Part shown: piece after piece, positions 52,091-62,870 of the stretch
Layout of the letters: each line of letters begins with the position of its first letter
Position numbering within the stretch: the first letter of the stretch is position 1
NCBI GenBank assembly: GCA_965208575.1
Contig: CBDBOV010000003.1
Coordinates: 32,001-96,000, forward strand
DNA: 64,000 nucleotides
Direction of reading: 5' to 3'
From: Spirochaetia bacterium
GTDB taxonomy: Bacteria; Spirochaetota; Spirochaetia; SZUA-6; Bin103
Position numbers and translations under genes: made by a program
Notes under the pieces: model-generated
Seen by the model: the letters and a program-made list of their open reading frames with translations, nothing else
Told to the model about the DNA's origin: nothing
The model's database searches: none

Positions 52091-53116
52091 ATGAGAATCA
52101 AGGTTTGGGCGAAGGGCGCGCTGATTGCCCTCGCCATCGCGATGGCCGGCGTGACCGCCCATGCCGGTACGCTGGAGGACGTGCAGTCTGCCGGCGTGCT
52201 GACGTGCGGCATCAACACCGGCCTGGCCGGGTTTGCATATACCGACGACATGGGCAACTGGACCGGCTTCGACGTGGCCTACTGCCGCGCCCTCGCCGCC
52301 GCCGTGCTCGGCGACCCGGAGAAGATCGAGTTCGTGAACCTCACCGGCAAGACCCGCTTCCCGGCGCTGCAGGCGGGGGAGATCGACGTGCTGTCGCGCA
52401 ACACGACCTGGACCCTGTCGCGCGACGTGGACCTGGGCCTGACCTTCGTCGGAGTCAACTACTACGATGGACAGGGCTTCATCGGGCGCACGGCGCTGGG
52501 CATCATGAGTGCAAAGGAGCTGGACGGCGCGTCGGTGTGCATCCAGACCGGAACCACCACCGAGCTCAACCTGGCGGACTTCTTCCGCACCAACAACATG
52601 ACCTACGAGCCGGTGCCGATCGAGACCAACGCGGAGGCGCGTGCCGCCTACGAGGCCGACCGCTGCGACGTGTACACCACCGACGCTTCCGGCCTGGCCG
52701 CCACCAAGGCGACCTTCGACGATCCGGACGCCCACATGGTGTACCCGGAGATCGTGTCCAAGGAGCCGCTGGGGCCGCTGGTACGCCACGGTGATGACCA
52801 GTGGGCCGACATTGCACGCTGGGTGCTGAACGCGCTGATAATCGCCGAGGAGCTTGGCGTGACGCAGGGCAACGTGGAGCGCATGTCGATGGGTACCGAC
52901 CAACCCGAGATCAACCGCATGCTCGGCTCCGAGGGCAGCTACGGCGAAATGCTGGGGCTGGACGCCAAGTGGGCCGTGCGCGCCATCATGGCGGAAGGCA
53001 ACTACGCGGAGATCTTCGACCGCTACATCGGCCCGGACACCAAGCTGGGTCTGCAGCGGGGGCTGAACGCGCTGTACAAGGACGGAGGCATCCTCTACGC
53101 ACCGCCGTTCCGGTAG
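52091..53116 (+). CDS. aapJ: General L-amino acid ABC transporter substrate-binding protein
   Basis: LSRNTTWTLSRD, SKEPLGP and GGILYAPPFR motifs; AGGAGG RBS. Confidence 0.9.
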   Translation: MRIKVWAKGALIALAIAMAGVTAHAGTLEDVQSAGVLTCGINTGLAGFAYTDDMGNWTGFDVAYCRALAAAVLGDPEKIEFVNLTGKTRFPALQAGEIDVLSRNTTWTLSRDVDLGLTFVGVNYYDGQGFIGRTALGIMSAKELDGASVCIQTGTTTELNLADFFRTNNMTYEPVPIETNAEARAAYEADRCDVYTTDASGLAATKATFDDPDAHMVYPEIVSKEPLGPLVRHGDDQWADIARWVLNALIIAEELGVTQGNVERMSMGTDQPEINRMLGSEGSYGEMLGLDAKWAVRAIMAEGNYAEIFDRYIGPDTKLGLQRGLNALYKDGGILYAPPFR

Positions 53117-53210
53117 ACCGACAGGCCGAATCTGTAGACCGACAGATCGGTCCACATCGACCGGCCGAGTCCATGGACCGGCAGGACGGATTCATGCCGC
53201 CCTGCCGGTC
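53113..53210 (+). repeat. Intercistronic short direct repeats and stem-loop
   Basis: GTAGACCGACAG twice; perfect 10-bp IR GACCGGCAGG/CCTGCCGGTC at 53176-53210. Confidence 0.65.
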
Positions 53211-53220
53211 TTGACCGGTA

Positions 53221-54390
53221 ATGTCCTCTAGGCCCTCCAGCCGCGGGGGATCGCTCCTGGGCGGTTCCTCGCGTGGCGTCATCCTGCAGTTGCTGCTGGT
53301 GCTCGGGGTGGCGCTCTTCATCGCGTTCATCGTGGCCAACACCAAGGCCAACCTGGAGCGAGCGGGGCTGTCCGCAGGATATGGCTTTCTGTGGGACACG
53401 TCTGCGTTCGACATCAACCAGCGCCTCATCTCCTACGATTCCACCAACACCTACGGGCGGGCGTTCATCGTCGGCGGCCTGAATACGGTCCTGGTGGCGT
53501 CAATGGGCGTTGTCGCCGCCACCGTCATCGGTTTCCTGGCCGGTATCCTGCGCCTGTCGCGCAACTACCTGGTCAGCCGCATCGTCACCGTGTACGTGGA
53601 GTTCACGCGCAACGTCCCGCTGCTGCTGCAGATCATCTTCTGGTGGGTCATCCTGCTGGCGCTGCCGCGGGTGCGCGACAGCATTCAGTTCGCCGGCGCC
53701 GTGTACCTGAACAACCGGGGCGTGCGCATGCCGGCGCCGGTGTTCGAGCAGGGCTCGGCGGTGTTGCTGATCGCGCTCGTGGCCGGGGTGGCGGCCACCG
53801 TGGTGCTGGCGCGCTGGGCGAGGGCGCGGCAAGATGCCACCGGGCGCAAGTTCCCGGTCGTCTGGACCGGCGTGGGCCTGGTGGTCGGGTTGCCGCTGAT
53901 ACTGTTCTTCGTCACCGGGCGCCCGATCGGGCTGGACATGCCGGAGATGGGCAGGTTCAACCTGCAGGGCGGCTTCAACGTCACCCCGGAGCTGGTGGCG
54001 CTGTGGCTCGCGCTGGCTACCTATACCGGCGCGTTCATCTCCGAAATCGTGCGCGGCGGGATTCTGTCGGTGAACAAGGGGCAGACCGAGGCGGCCGGCG
54101 CGCTCGGGCTTCCGCGCGGCCTGACCCTGCGCAAGGTGATCCTGCCGCAGGCGTTGCGCGCCATCATTCCGCCCCTGACCAGCCAGTTCCTGAACCTGAC
54201 CAAGAATTCCTCGCTGGCGGTGGCAATCGGCTACCAGGACCTGGTTTCGATCGGCGACACCATACTGAACCAGAGCGGCCAGGCGCTGGAGGTGATCTCC
54301 ATCTACATGATCACCTACCTGTCCCTCAGCCTGCTCACGTCGACGTTCATGAACTGGTATAACGGGCGCATCGCGCTGATAGAACGATGA
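53221..54390 (+). CDS. aapQ: Amino acid ABC permease
   Basis: RNVPLLLQ, GQTEAAGALGL and KNSSLA motifs. Confidence 0.88.
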   Translation: MSSRPSSRGGSLLGGSSRGVILQLLLVLGVALFIAFIVANTKANLERAGLSAGYGFLWDTSAFDINQRLISYDSTNTYGRAFIVGGLNTVLVASMGVVAATVIGFLAGILRLSRNYLVSRIVTVYVEFTRNVPLLLQIIFWWVILLALPRVRDSIQFAGAVYLNNRGVRMPAPVFEQGSAVLLIALVAGVAATVVLARWARARQDATGRKFPVVWTGVGLVVGLPLILFFVTGRPIGLDMPEMGRFNLQGGFNVTPELVALWLALATYTGAFISEIVRGGILSVNKGQTEAAGALGLPRGLTLRKVILPQALRAIIPPLTSQFLNLTKNSSLAVAIGYQDLVSIGDTILNQSGQALEVISIYMITYLSLSLLTSTFMNWYNGRIALIER

Positions 54391-55556
54391 ACGCACCACC
54401 CTCGGCATCGCGGGCCTTCTTTCGCAACCGCGACCAGATGGTCCCCGGCAGGCCCGCGCCGGCAACGCACGTCGGGGTGATCGGCTGGCTGCGCACCAAC
54501 CTGTTCTCCAGTTGGTTCAACACCCTGCTGACCGTGGCCGCGCTGCTGCTGCTGTGGCGCATCGTGCCGCCGCTGCTGGGCTGGACGCTGTTCAACGCCG
54601 ACTTCAGCGGGGTAACCGGCGAGGAGTGCACCGCGGAGGGCGCCTGCTGGGCGTGGGTGGATCAGCGCATCAACCAGTTTCTGTACGGTTTCTACCCCGC
54701 CGATTCATACTGGCGGGTCAACGCCGCGCTGATCCTGCTGATCCCCGCAGTGGCGTACGTGCTGTTCGACAGGATTCCCTACGCTCGCTACGGGCGCTGG
54801 TACTCGCTTGCGTACCCGGTGATCGCGGTGTTCCTGCTGGTTGCCGGGTTACCGGTGTACGACGACCAGGGAGAGATGGTCGGCAGTTTGTTCGGCATCC
54901 GTGGCATTACCACCGACCAGTTCGGCGGCTTCATGCTCAACCTGGTGGCCGGCTTGGCCGGCATCGCGCTGTCGCTGCCGATCGGCATCCTGCTGGCGCT
55001 GGGCCGGCGCGCGCGGCTGCCGGTGGTGCGCTACGCCTCGATCATCTTCATCGAGGTGGTGCGCGGCGTGCCGCTGATCACGCTGCTGTTCGTCGCGATC
55101 ATCATCCTGGAGCTGTTCCTGCCGCCGGGGGTGTCGCTCGACCAACTCGTGCGCGTCATGATCATGATCACCGCGTTCTCCTCCGCGTACATGTCGGAGG
55201 TGATCCGCGGCGGCCTGCAGGCGATTCCCAGCGGCCAGTACGAGGCCGCGCAGGCGATGGGGTTGAGCTACTGGAAGATGATGCGCCTGGTGATCCTGCC
55301 GCAGGCGCTCAAGATCGCCATCCCCGGCATCGTCAACACCTTCATCGGCCTGTTCAAGGACACCACGCTGGTGGTGACCATCGGACTGTTCGACATTCTC
55401 GGCCAGGCGCGGCTGCTGCAGACCAACCCGGAGTGGATCGGCAAGGTCGATCACGAGACCTTCCTGCTCGCCGCGCTGTTCTTTTTCGTGATCTGCTTTT
55501 CGATGTCGCGTTATTCGATCAACCTCGAAAGGCGGCTGGATACCACCCGGCGCTGA
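54387..55556 (+). CDS. aapM: Amino acid ABC permease
   Basis: [21 protein letters not shown] and FKDTTLV motifs. Confidence 0.88.
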   Translation: MNAPPSASRAFFRNRDQMVPGRPAPATHVGVIGWLRTNLFSSWFNTLLTVAALLLLWRIVPPLLGWTLFNADFSGVTGEECTAEGACWAWVDQRINQFLYGFYPADSYWRVNAALILLIPAVAYVLFDRIPYARYGRWYSLAYPVIAVFLLVAGLPVYDDQGEMVGSLFGIRGITTDQFGGFMLNLVAGLAGIALSLPIGILLALGRRARLPVVRYASIIFIEVVRGVPLITLLFVAIIILELFLPPGVSLDQLVRVMIMITAFSSAYMSEVIRGGLQAIPSGQYEAAQAMGLSYWKMMRLVILPQALKIAIPGIVNTFIGLFKDTTLVVTIGLFDILGQARLLQTNPEWIGKVDHETFLLAALFFFVICFSMSRYSINLERRLDTTRR

Positions 55557-55587
55557 TGACGGCCGGAGCACGCTAAGGGAGCACCGC

Positions 55588-56340
55588 ATGTCAGGAAATA
55601 CCACCACCGCCGAGCCGATCATCCGCATCACCGGCCTCAACAAGTGGTTCGGGACGCTGCACGTGCTGCGCGACATCGACCTGGAGGTGGAGCGGCAGGA
55701 GCGCATCGTGATCTGCGGGCCGTCGGGATCGGGCAAGTCGACGCTGATCCGCTGCATCAATCGGCTCGAAGAGCACCAGCGCGGCTCGATCGTGGTGGAA
55801 GGCACGGAGTTGACCAACGACCTGAAGAACATCGACGTCATTCGCAGCGAGATCGGCATGGTGTTCCAGCAGTTCAACCTGTTCCCGCACCTGACCGTGC
55901 TGGAGAACTGCACCCTGGCGCCGATCTGGGTGCGCAAGATGTCGCGCGCCGACGCCGAGCAGCAGGCGATGGAGTTCCTGGAGCGGGTGAAGATCCCGGA
56001 GCAGGCGCACAAGTATCCGGGCCAGCTCTCCGGCGGCCAGCAACAGCGCGTCGCCATTGCCCGGTCACTGTGCAAGCGGCCCAAGATCATGCTGTTCGAC
56101 GAGCCCACCTCGGCGCTCGACCCGGAGATGATCAAGGAGGTGCTCGACGTGATGATCGACGTCGCCGGGACCGGCATGACCATGTTGGTGGTGACTCACG
56201 AGATGGGCTTCGCGCAGCAGGTCGCCGACCGGGTGATGCTGATGGACCAGGGCCAGATCGTGGAGCAGAACACCCCCGACGAGTTCTTCAACAATCCGCA
56301 ATCCGACCGCACCAAGCTGTTCCTCAGCCAGATCCTGTAG
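55588..56340 (+). CDS. aapP: Amino acid ABC ATP-binding protein
   Basis: [16 protein letters not shown] and [11 protein letters not shown] motifs. Confidence 0.92.
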   Translation: MSGNTTTAEPIIRITGLNKWFGTLHVLRDIDLEVERQERIVICGPSGSGKSTLIRCINRLEEHQRGSIVVEGTELTNDLKNIDVIRSEIGMVFQQFNLFPHLTVLENCTLAPIWVRKMSRADAEQQAMEFLERVKIPEQAHKYPGQLSGGQQQRVAIARSLCKRPKIMLFDEPTSALDPEMIKEVLDVMIDVAGTGMTMLVVTHEMGFAQQVADRVMLMDQGQIVEQNTPDEFFNNPQSDRTKLFLSQIL

Positions 56341-56374
56341 TGCCTGCCGTCGCCCGGTGGGGTGGTAGCCGCTC

Positions 56375-59300
56375 GTGGCGTTGAACTTTCCGAGGGTTGA
56401 GCCGCCCGACCTGCGGGCGCAGTTTGACGCGCTTTCGGAGGAGGAGCGGCTGACCGCGCTGGTCGCCGGGGTGGTGGCACCGGTGCTGTACGAGGCGCGC
56501 GAGTTGGCGCGCATGCTGCGCAACGCGGACGTGCGCGTCGGCAAGCGGCACCTCACGGTGGCAACGGTGGAGCAGGCGTGCGGCGCGCTGTTGCGGCGCG
56601 GCGTGCTGTTCGGGCTGCGCGAAAGGGACCAGGTGGTGGCGGCGCCGGCCTGGGCACCGTGGCTGACCCTGGAGGCACGGCGGGTCGACCTTCTGGAGCG
56701 CCTCTGGGCCGCGTTTCAGGCGGAGCGCACCCCTTACTACTGGCACTACCGGGAGCACGAGCAGCGCGACGCGGCGCGGCTCCGCTACGCCGCCGTAGCC
56801 GGGCGATTCGACTTGGTGCCCGGCGGAATCGAGCCGGAGAACTGGGCGTTCCTGGCGCAGCCGGGGGCACTCGCGCTGCTCGACTCGCTGCCCGAACGGT
56901 ACCGGGAGATGGCGCTGCGCGGCTGCCTGAACGAGGCCGTCAACCTGGCTGCCGATTCCGACCCGGTGATAGCCGCCTGCCGCGAGCACGCCCGCGACCT
57001 GGAACCGTATGCCGCCGACATCGCGCTGGTCCGCGTGCTGCAGGGGCGCTTCGACGAAGTCGAAACCACGTTCGATCAACTGACGGAGGTCGAGCAGGGC
57101 AGCAAGCGGGTCCGCGTCGGCCGCGCCGCGGCGTGCGGCCTGGTGGCGACGCTGCGCGGCGACGACGACGCGGCGTTGCGCGCGATCGAGGAAGCGCTCG
57201 CCATCGAGAAGGAGGGCACGCGGAGGCGGTCCGTGTTTCCCGAGTCGGTGCCGTTCGCGTTGTCGCTGCTGTCGCTGGTGCGGGCCGACACCCCGGCGGC
57301 GCGCAGCCGGCTCACGGCGCTGGTGACCACGGCGCGGCGGCAGCAGGTCGCCGAGCCGATCGTCGCAGCGGTGGCGTATGCCGGGGAGCTGCGCGCCGGT
57401 GGCGCCGCCTTCCGCGAAATCGACGTGGGTTCATCGTGTCTGGACGCGCTGCTGGAAGGGTGGATGTACTGCTGGTCCAAGCTTGGCCCGGGAACTGCGC
57501 CCTACGTGCCTCCCGGCGCGGCGCGCATGCTCGGCTACCATGTCGAACAGCTCGCGGCGTTTGGCTTCGGCTGGGCACTGGCGGAGTTCCTGGCCGTCAT
57601 CGGGAGCGCCGGCGCCGCGCTGGACCCGCGCGGCGGCAAGTCGTTCGGGGCGGCCGGCCGGCAGGCGGCGGCGATGCACGGGCAACTCGGCACGCGTACG
57701 CTCACCACGCTGGTGCCGGCGGCCGTACCGCGGTGGGAGTACGATCTCAAGGCGCTGGAGCAGTTCGCGTACGACACCAGCACCACGCCTCCGCGGCGGG
57801 AGAAAGGAGGGGCACGCGAGGGCCAGCAGCGGCTGGTGTGGGACCTGGTCGACATCGGCGACAACCTCGCGGTGACGCCGCGTGAGCAGCGCGGCTACCG
57901 CAACGGCGCCTGGTCCAAGGGCCGCGCCCGCACGCTGCGCTGGCTGGCCACGGCGGCGGACGTCGCCAAGTTCCCGCACGAACAGGATCGCGCGGCCGCG
58001 GCGGCGGCGGTACGGCACGGCGCAGCCGCGGGCAAGCGGGTGCCGGTGGAGGCACTGCTGTTCGAGCTGGCCGGTCACCCGCATGTACTCGACGAGGGCG
58101 GTGACCCGGTGGAGGTCGTGCGCGCCGACCCGGAATTGCTGATCGAGCAAACCGCCGCCGGGCTGCGCGCGGTGCTGGTCCCCGACTACTGGGAGGATGA
58201 CCGCTTTCACGCCTGGATGGTCGATGCGCGACGTTGCGAGGTGATCCGCCTCACCGATGCGCACCGGCGTTTGCGGACCATCATTCCACGTGACGGCCTG
58301 GACCTGCCGGCCGGTGCCCGCGCGCGGCTGCTGGAGGCGGTGTCGGCGCTGGTGACGGTGGTGCGCATTCACGGCGGCGTGGAGGGCGGCGCCGGCTCGG
58401 CGCGACGGGTGGAGGCCGACGCGGAGCCGCGGGTCCGGCTGGAGCCGTACCGTGGCGGGGTGAGCGCCGAGCTGGTAGTGGAACCGATCGCCGGGTCGGA
58501 AACCCGCTTCATGCCCGGTACCGGCGGTACCCTGGTGTTCGCCCAGCTCGCCGGCGAGGCGGTGCAGGCGCGCCGCGACCCGGCCGCCGAGCGCGCCGCC
58601 GCCGGGCGTCTGCTGGAGGCGTGTCCGCGGCTTGCGGCCGGCGTGCCGGGGTCGTGGGCCGTGGAATTGCCGGAGGCCGCGGACGCGCTGGAGCTGCTGG
58701 AGCAGTTGGACGCCGCCGGCGCGCGCTGCCTGTGGCCGCAGGGCGAGCGGTTCCGGATCGTGGCGCGCGCCGACGCCGGAACGCTACGGCTGCAGGTCAA
58801 GACGGCCGAGGACTGGCTGCAGGCGTCCGGCGAGCTGCGCATCGATCCGCAGCGCGCCGTAGACCTGAAACAGTTGTTTGCCATGCTCGACGCCAGCCCC
58901 GGTTCGCGCTTCCTGGAGCTCGGTGCCGGCGAGTTCGTGGCGCTTACCGAGTCGTTCCGCCGCCAGTTGGAGGACTTGCAGGTCGTGTCGAGTCCGGCGG
59001 CGGGCGGCGCGGTGCGCGTGGCGCCGGTTGCCGCGGTCGCCCTGGAGGAGCTGATCGACCAGGCGCAGCTCGACGCCGACCGGCAATGGCGCGGCCTCCG
59101 GCGGCGGCTGCGCGAGGCGCGGAAGTTCGAGCCGGAGGTGCCGAGCACTTTGCAGGCGGAACTGCGCCCCTACCAGGTGACCGGGTTCGGCTGGCTGGCC
59201 CGCCTCAGCCGCTGGGGCGCGGGCGCCTGCCTGGCGGACGACATGGGCCTCGGCAAGACGGTGCAGGTGCTGGCGCTGCTGCTGGAGCGCGCCGCCGGGG

Positions 59301-60559
59301 GCCCGGCGCTGGTGGTGGCGCCCACCTCGGTGGTAGCCAACTGGCTCGACGAGGCGCGCCGCTTCGCGCCGACCCTGAACGCGGTGCCCTACGTGGGACC
59401 GGACCGGGCCGCCCTGCTCGACGATGACCCCGGTGCGTTCGACCTGGTGGTGACCACCTATACGCTGTTGCACCTGGACGCGGAGCGGCTGGCCTCCGTG
59501 ACGTGGCACAGCGCGGTGCTCGATGAAGCGCAGGCGATCAAGAACCGGAACACCAAGCGCGCCCGCGCCGCCCGCGCGCTACGGGCGGACTTCCGCGCGG
59601 TCACCACCGGCACCCCGATCCAGAACCACGTATCCGATCTGCACTCCCTGTTCAGCTTCATCAACCCCGGCCTGCTGGGGTCCGCGCAGCAGTTCAGCCG
59701 TAACTTCGCGCGCGCCGCGGACGGCAACACGGACGGCGCCGTGCAGGCGCGGACGCGGCTGCGCCGGCTGGTGGCGCCGTTCATCCTGCGCCGGCTGAAG
59801 AGCGAGGTGCTCGACGACCTGCCGCCGCGCACCGAGATCACCCTGCACGTGGAGATGTCGCCGGCGGAGGCGTCGTTCTACGAGGCGCTGCGCCGCCGCG
59901 CCGTGGAGGACCTGGAGGCGCTGGCGGCGGCCGGGCCGCCCGCCGGCGGCGACGGCCGGCTGGAGATCCTGGCCCACCTGACGCGGCTGCGCCGCGCCTG
60001 CTGCAACCCGGCGCTGGTGCGCCCGGAGGGGGCGCCGGCGAGTTCCAAGCTGGCGGTGTTCGGGGACACCCTCGCCGAGCTGCTCGACAACCGCCACAAG
60101 GTGCTGGTGTTCTCGCAGTTCGTGGGCCACCTGAAGCTGATCGAGACCTGGCTGCGCCGGGAGGGGATCGGCTACCAGTACCTGGACGGCAGCACCCCGG
60201 TCGGCGCCCGGAGCGAGCGCATCGCCGCGTTCCAGTCCGGGCAGGGCGACGTGTTCCTGATCTCGCTGACCGCCGGCGGGGTGGGCCTGAACCTGACCGC
60301 CGCCGACTACGTCATCCACATGGACCCGTGGTGGAACCCGGCGGTGGAGGACCAGGCGTCCGACCGCGCCCACCGCATCGGCCAGACCCGCCCGGTCACC
60401 ATCTACCGGCTGGTCACCAAGGGCACCATCGAAGAGCAGATCGTCGATCTGCACCACCACAAGCGCGACCTCGCCGACCGCCTGCTCGAAGCCGGCGACA
60501 CCCCCGCCCGCCTCGACCCCGCCGAACTGCTCGCCCTGCTCCGCCATCCCCCCACCTGA
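56375..60559 (+). CDS. SNF2/SWI2-family helicase with a long N-terminal region
   Basis: LADDMGLGKT, DEAQ, TGTPIQN and QASDRAHRIGQ motifs. Confidence 0.93.
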   Translation: MALNFPRVEPPDLRAQFDALSEEERLTALVAGVVAPVLYEARELARMLRNADVRVGKRHLTVATVEQACGALLRRGVLFGLRERDQVVAAPAWAPWLTLEARRVDLLERLWAAFQAERTPYYWHYREHEQRDAARLRYAAVAGRFDLVPGGIEPENWAFLAQPGALALLDSLPERYREMALRGCLNEAVNLAADSDPVIAACREHARDLEPYAADIALVRVLQGRFDEVETTFDQLTEVEQGSKRVRVGRAAACGLVATLRGDDDAALRAIEEALAIEKEGTRRRSVFPESVPFALSLLSLVRADTPAARSRLTALVTTARRQQVAEPIVAAVAYAGELRAGGAAFREIDVGSSCLDALLEGWMYCWSKLGPGTAPYVPPGAARMLGYHVEQLAAFGFGWALAEFLAVIGSAGAALDPRGGKSFGAAGRQAAAMHGQLGTRTLTTLVPAAVPRWEYDLKALEQFAYDTSTTPPRREKGGAREGQQRLVWDLVDIGDNLAVTPREQRGYRNGAWSKGRARTLRWLATAADVAKFPHEQDRAAAAAAVRHGAAAGKRVPVEALLFELAGHPHVLDEGGDPVEVVRADPELLIEQTAAGLRAVLVPDYWEDDRFHAWMVDARRCEVIRLTDAHRRLRTIIPRDGLDLPAGARARLLEAVSALVTVVRIHGGVEGGAGSARRVEADAEPRVRLEPYRGGVSAELVVEPIAGSETRFMPGTGGTLVFAQLAGEAVQARRDPAAERAAAGRLLEACPRLAAGVPGSWAVELPEAADALELLEQLDAAGARCLWPQGERFRIVARADAGTLRLQVKTAEDWLQASGELRIDPQRAVDLKQLFAMLDASPGSRFLELGAGEFVALTESFRRQLEDLQVVSSPAAGGAVRVAPVAAVALEELIDQAQLDADRQWRGLRRRLREARKFEPEVPSTLQAELRPYQVTGFGWLARLSRWGAGACLADDMGLGKTVQVLALLLERAAGGPALVVAPTSVVANWLDEARRFAPTLNAVPYVGPDRAALLDDDPGAFDLVVTTYTLLHLDAERLASVTWHSAVLDEAQAIKNRNTKRARAARALRADFRAVTTGTPIQNHVSDLHSLFSFINPGLLGSAQQFSRNFARAADGNTDGAVQARTRLRRLVAPFILRRLKSEVLDDLPPRTEITLHVEMSPAEASFYEALRRRAVEDLEALAAAGPPAGGDGRLEILAHLTRLRRACCNPALVRPEGAPASSKLAVFGDTLAELLDNRHKVLVFSQFVGHLKLIETWLRREGIGYQYLDGSTPVGARSERIAAFQSGQGDVFLISLTAGGVGLNLTAADYVIHMDPWWNPAVEDQASDRAHRIGQTRPVTIYRLVTKGTIEEQIVDLHHHKRDLADRLLEAGDTPARLDPAELLALLRHPPT

Positions 60560-60641
60560 CCGGACGCGTACGAATTCCCAGAGTCAGGCCGGGTCGGCAT
60601 GGGCGGAGTGTATCGGTACACTGGGCGCGTGGTGGATCGCC

Positions 60642-61262
60642 GTGATCGATGACCGGACGACCGTGCCGGCCGAGCCTGACGACGACGGCGGCAAGCCGAC
60701 CGCGTATGGCGTACCCAAGCTGAGGCGGCAGGTGCTGCAGAAGCTGGCGGATGCCTTTGCCGACGACAACCTGGAGTTGGCCGAGTACGAGCGCCGGGTG
60801 CGGGCCGCCGAGCTGGCCACCACCATCGGCGAGTTGGAGGCCGTGGTCGCCGACTTTCCCGACAGCGCCGGCGGCGGCGACCGGCCAGTTCCGCACGTGA
60901 CGGGCGCGGTCGCGGCTGCCGGCGCCGCGGTTACCGTGATGGGTAACCGGGAGATGGAGATCCACGAGGCGGGCGATGTCCCGAGTTTCGTGATCAACGT
61001 CATGGGCGATACCCGCATCGACCTGAGCGCGGCGCCGCCGGGGGTATACGACCTGCGCATCTGCTGCGTGATGGGCGACGTGCAAGTAGCCGTTCCGCCC
61101 GGCAGCCAGGTAAACCGCTCGCTGTGGTGCCTGATGAGCGACGTGAAAACGCGCCCGTCGAAGGCGAAGCGCCCGCCGGCGGCCCGCTTCAACAGTCACC
61201 AGGTCAATCTCGCCGGCTTCAGCCTGATGAGCGACGTGATCATCCGAGAGGAGCAGAAATGA
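60642..61262 (+). CDS. DUF1707 (SHOCT-like) / LiaF-related protein
   Basis: L.DAFADD.L.L.EY.RR N-domain; repeated VMGD..ID motifs. Confidence 0.75.
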   Translation: MIDDRTTVPAEPDDDGGKPTAYGVPKLRRQVLQKLADAFADDNLELAEYERRVRAAELATTIGELEAVVADFPDSAGGGDRPVPHVTGAVAAAGAAVTVMGNREMEIHEAGDVPSFVINVMGDTRIDLSAAPPGVYDLRICCVMGDVQVAVPPGSQVNRSLWCLMSDVKTRPSKAKRPPAARFNSHQVNLAGFSLMSDVIIREEQK

Positions 61263-62857
61263 AACACACCAGGATAACCCTCGATCACCCCTACCTGATC
61301 CTGCCCGTGCGCCGCGGCCCGGTGAGTGGCCGCATGCGGGTAGTCGCCGAAGGTGGCGAGGTGCGCGAGTTCGACATCGAGCTCGGCGACGACGCCGCCA
61401 GCGACTACGACGTATTCAGCGACTTCGGAGCGCACCTGGGCACGACGCTGACGGTGGAGTACGAGGGGGCGGCGTCCCTGGAGGGGGTGCACGTCGCCGC
61501 CGAGCCGCCGGGCGCCGCCGAGCGGTACGGGGAGCCGCTGCGCCCCCAGTTCCACTTCTCGTCGCGGCGCGGCTGGCTGAACGATCCCAACGGGCTGGTC
61601 CACTACGACGGCACCTACCACCTGTTCTACCAGCACAACCCGTACGGCACCGAGTGGGGCAACATGCACTGGGGCCACGCCACCAGCAGCGACATGCTGC
61701 ACTGGCGGGAGGGGCCGGTGGAGCTCTATCCCGACGAGCTCGGCACCATGTTCACCGGTTGCGCGGTGGTCGACCATGCCAACACGTCCGGGCTGGGCAG
61801 CGGTGCGCACCCGCCGATCGTGCTGCTGTATACGGCGGCGGGCAAGACTCCGGAAGACTTCACCCAATGCTTGGCGTTCAGCGCCGACGGCGGCGCCACC
61901 TGGCAGAAGTACGACGGCAACCCCGTGCTGCCGCAGGAAGCGCCGAGCAACCGCGACCCGAAGGTGATCTGGCACGCCCCGACCGGGCGCTGGATCATGG
62001 CGCTGTACCTGCACCGCACCGCGTACGCCCTGTACGCATCGCCGGATCTGATCCACTGGGAGAAGACCTGCGACCTCGACCTGCCGCAGTGCACGGAGGT
62101 GCCGGACTTCTTCCCGCTGGCCGTCGATGACGACCCCGACGACCAGAAGTGGGTGTTCTGGGGCGCCAACACCACCTACCTCACCGGCACCTTCGACGGG
62201 CGCACGTTCACGCCGGAGGGCGGCCCCAAGCGCCTGCAGCCGGCCGGCTTGCACTACGCCGCGCAGACCTTCAGCGACCTCCCGGCCGGTGACGGGCGGC
62301 GCATCATGATGGGCTGGATGCGGCAGCCGCTGCCCGGCATGCCGTTCTCACAGTTCATGAGCGTGCCGCACACCCTGCACCTGCGCCGCCACGGCGGCGA
62401 GGTGGTGCTGACCACCGCCCCGGTCCGTGAGCTGGAAGCGCTGCGCGAGGCGACCTGGCAGGCCGAGGACCGGGCGCTGGCCGACGGCGCCGGCGTGCAG
62501 GCGGAGGTGGCGGGCGAGCTGCTCGACGTGGAGGCGACCATCGAGCTGCGCGGCGCCGACGCCGCCGGCATCGCGGTACGCGGCGTCAACGTGTGGTACG
62601 ACCGGCGTACCGGCGGCCTGTACAACGGCTCATACGGCGCGCAGATCGCCGCCGGCCAGGACAGCGTCGACCTGCGCGTGCTGGTGGACCGAGCATCGGT
62701 GGAGTTATTCGCCGACCAGGGCCGGGTGATGCTGGCCGGCGGCATCGTGCTGGCGCCGGGCGCCGATCAGGTGCGCTTCTTCGCCGCCGGCGGGGACGCC
62801 CGCTTGCGGCAGGCGCGCGTGTCGACGCTGCGCGCGGTGTGGCCGGCGACCGGTTAG
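61259..62857 (+). CDS. GH32 beta-fructosidase/levanase
   Basis: WLNDPNG, WGHA, RDPKV and YAAQTF motifs. Confidence 0.92.
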   Translation: MKHTRITLDHPYLILPVRRGPVSGRMRVVAEGGEVREFDIELGDDAASDYDVFSDFGAHLGTTLTVEYEGAASLEGVHVAAEPPGAAERYGEPLRPQFHFSSRRGWLNDPNGLVHYDGTYHLFYQHNPYGTEWGNMHWGHATSSDMLHWREGPVELYPDELGTMFTGCAVVDHANTSGLGSGAHPPIVLLYTAAGKTPEDFTQCLAFSADGGATWQKYDGNPVLPQEAPSNRDPKVIWHAPTGRWIMALYLHRTAYALYASPDLIHWEKTCDLDLPQCTEVPDFFPLAVDDDPDDQKWVFWGANTTYLTGTFDGRTFTPEGGPKRLQPAGLHYAAQTFSDLPAGDGRRIMMGWMRQPLPGMPFSQFMSVPHTLHLRRHGGEVVLTTAPVRELEALREATWQAEDRALADGAGVQAEVAGELLDVEATIELRGADAAGIAVRGVNVWYDRRTGGLYNGSYGAQIAAGQDSVDLRVLVDRASVELFADQGRVMLAGGIVLAPGADQVRFFAAGGDARLRQARVSTLRAVWPATG

Positions 62858-62870
62858 CAAGGCCCCAGGT

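Noticed and set aside
53113-53180. Mini-CRISPR array
   Set aside because: Repeats are only 12 bp with a 9-bp spacer
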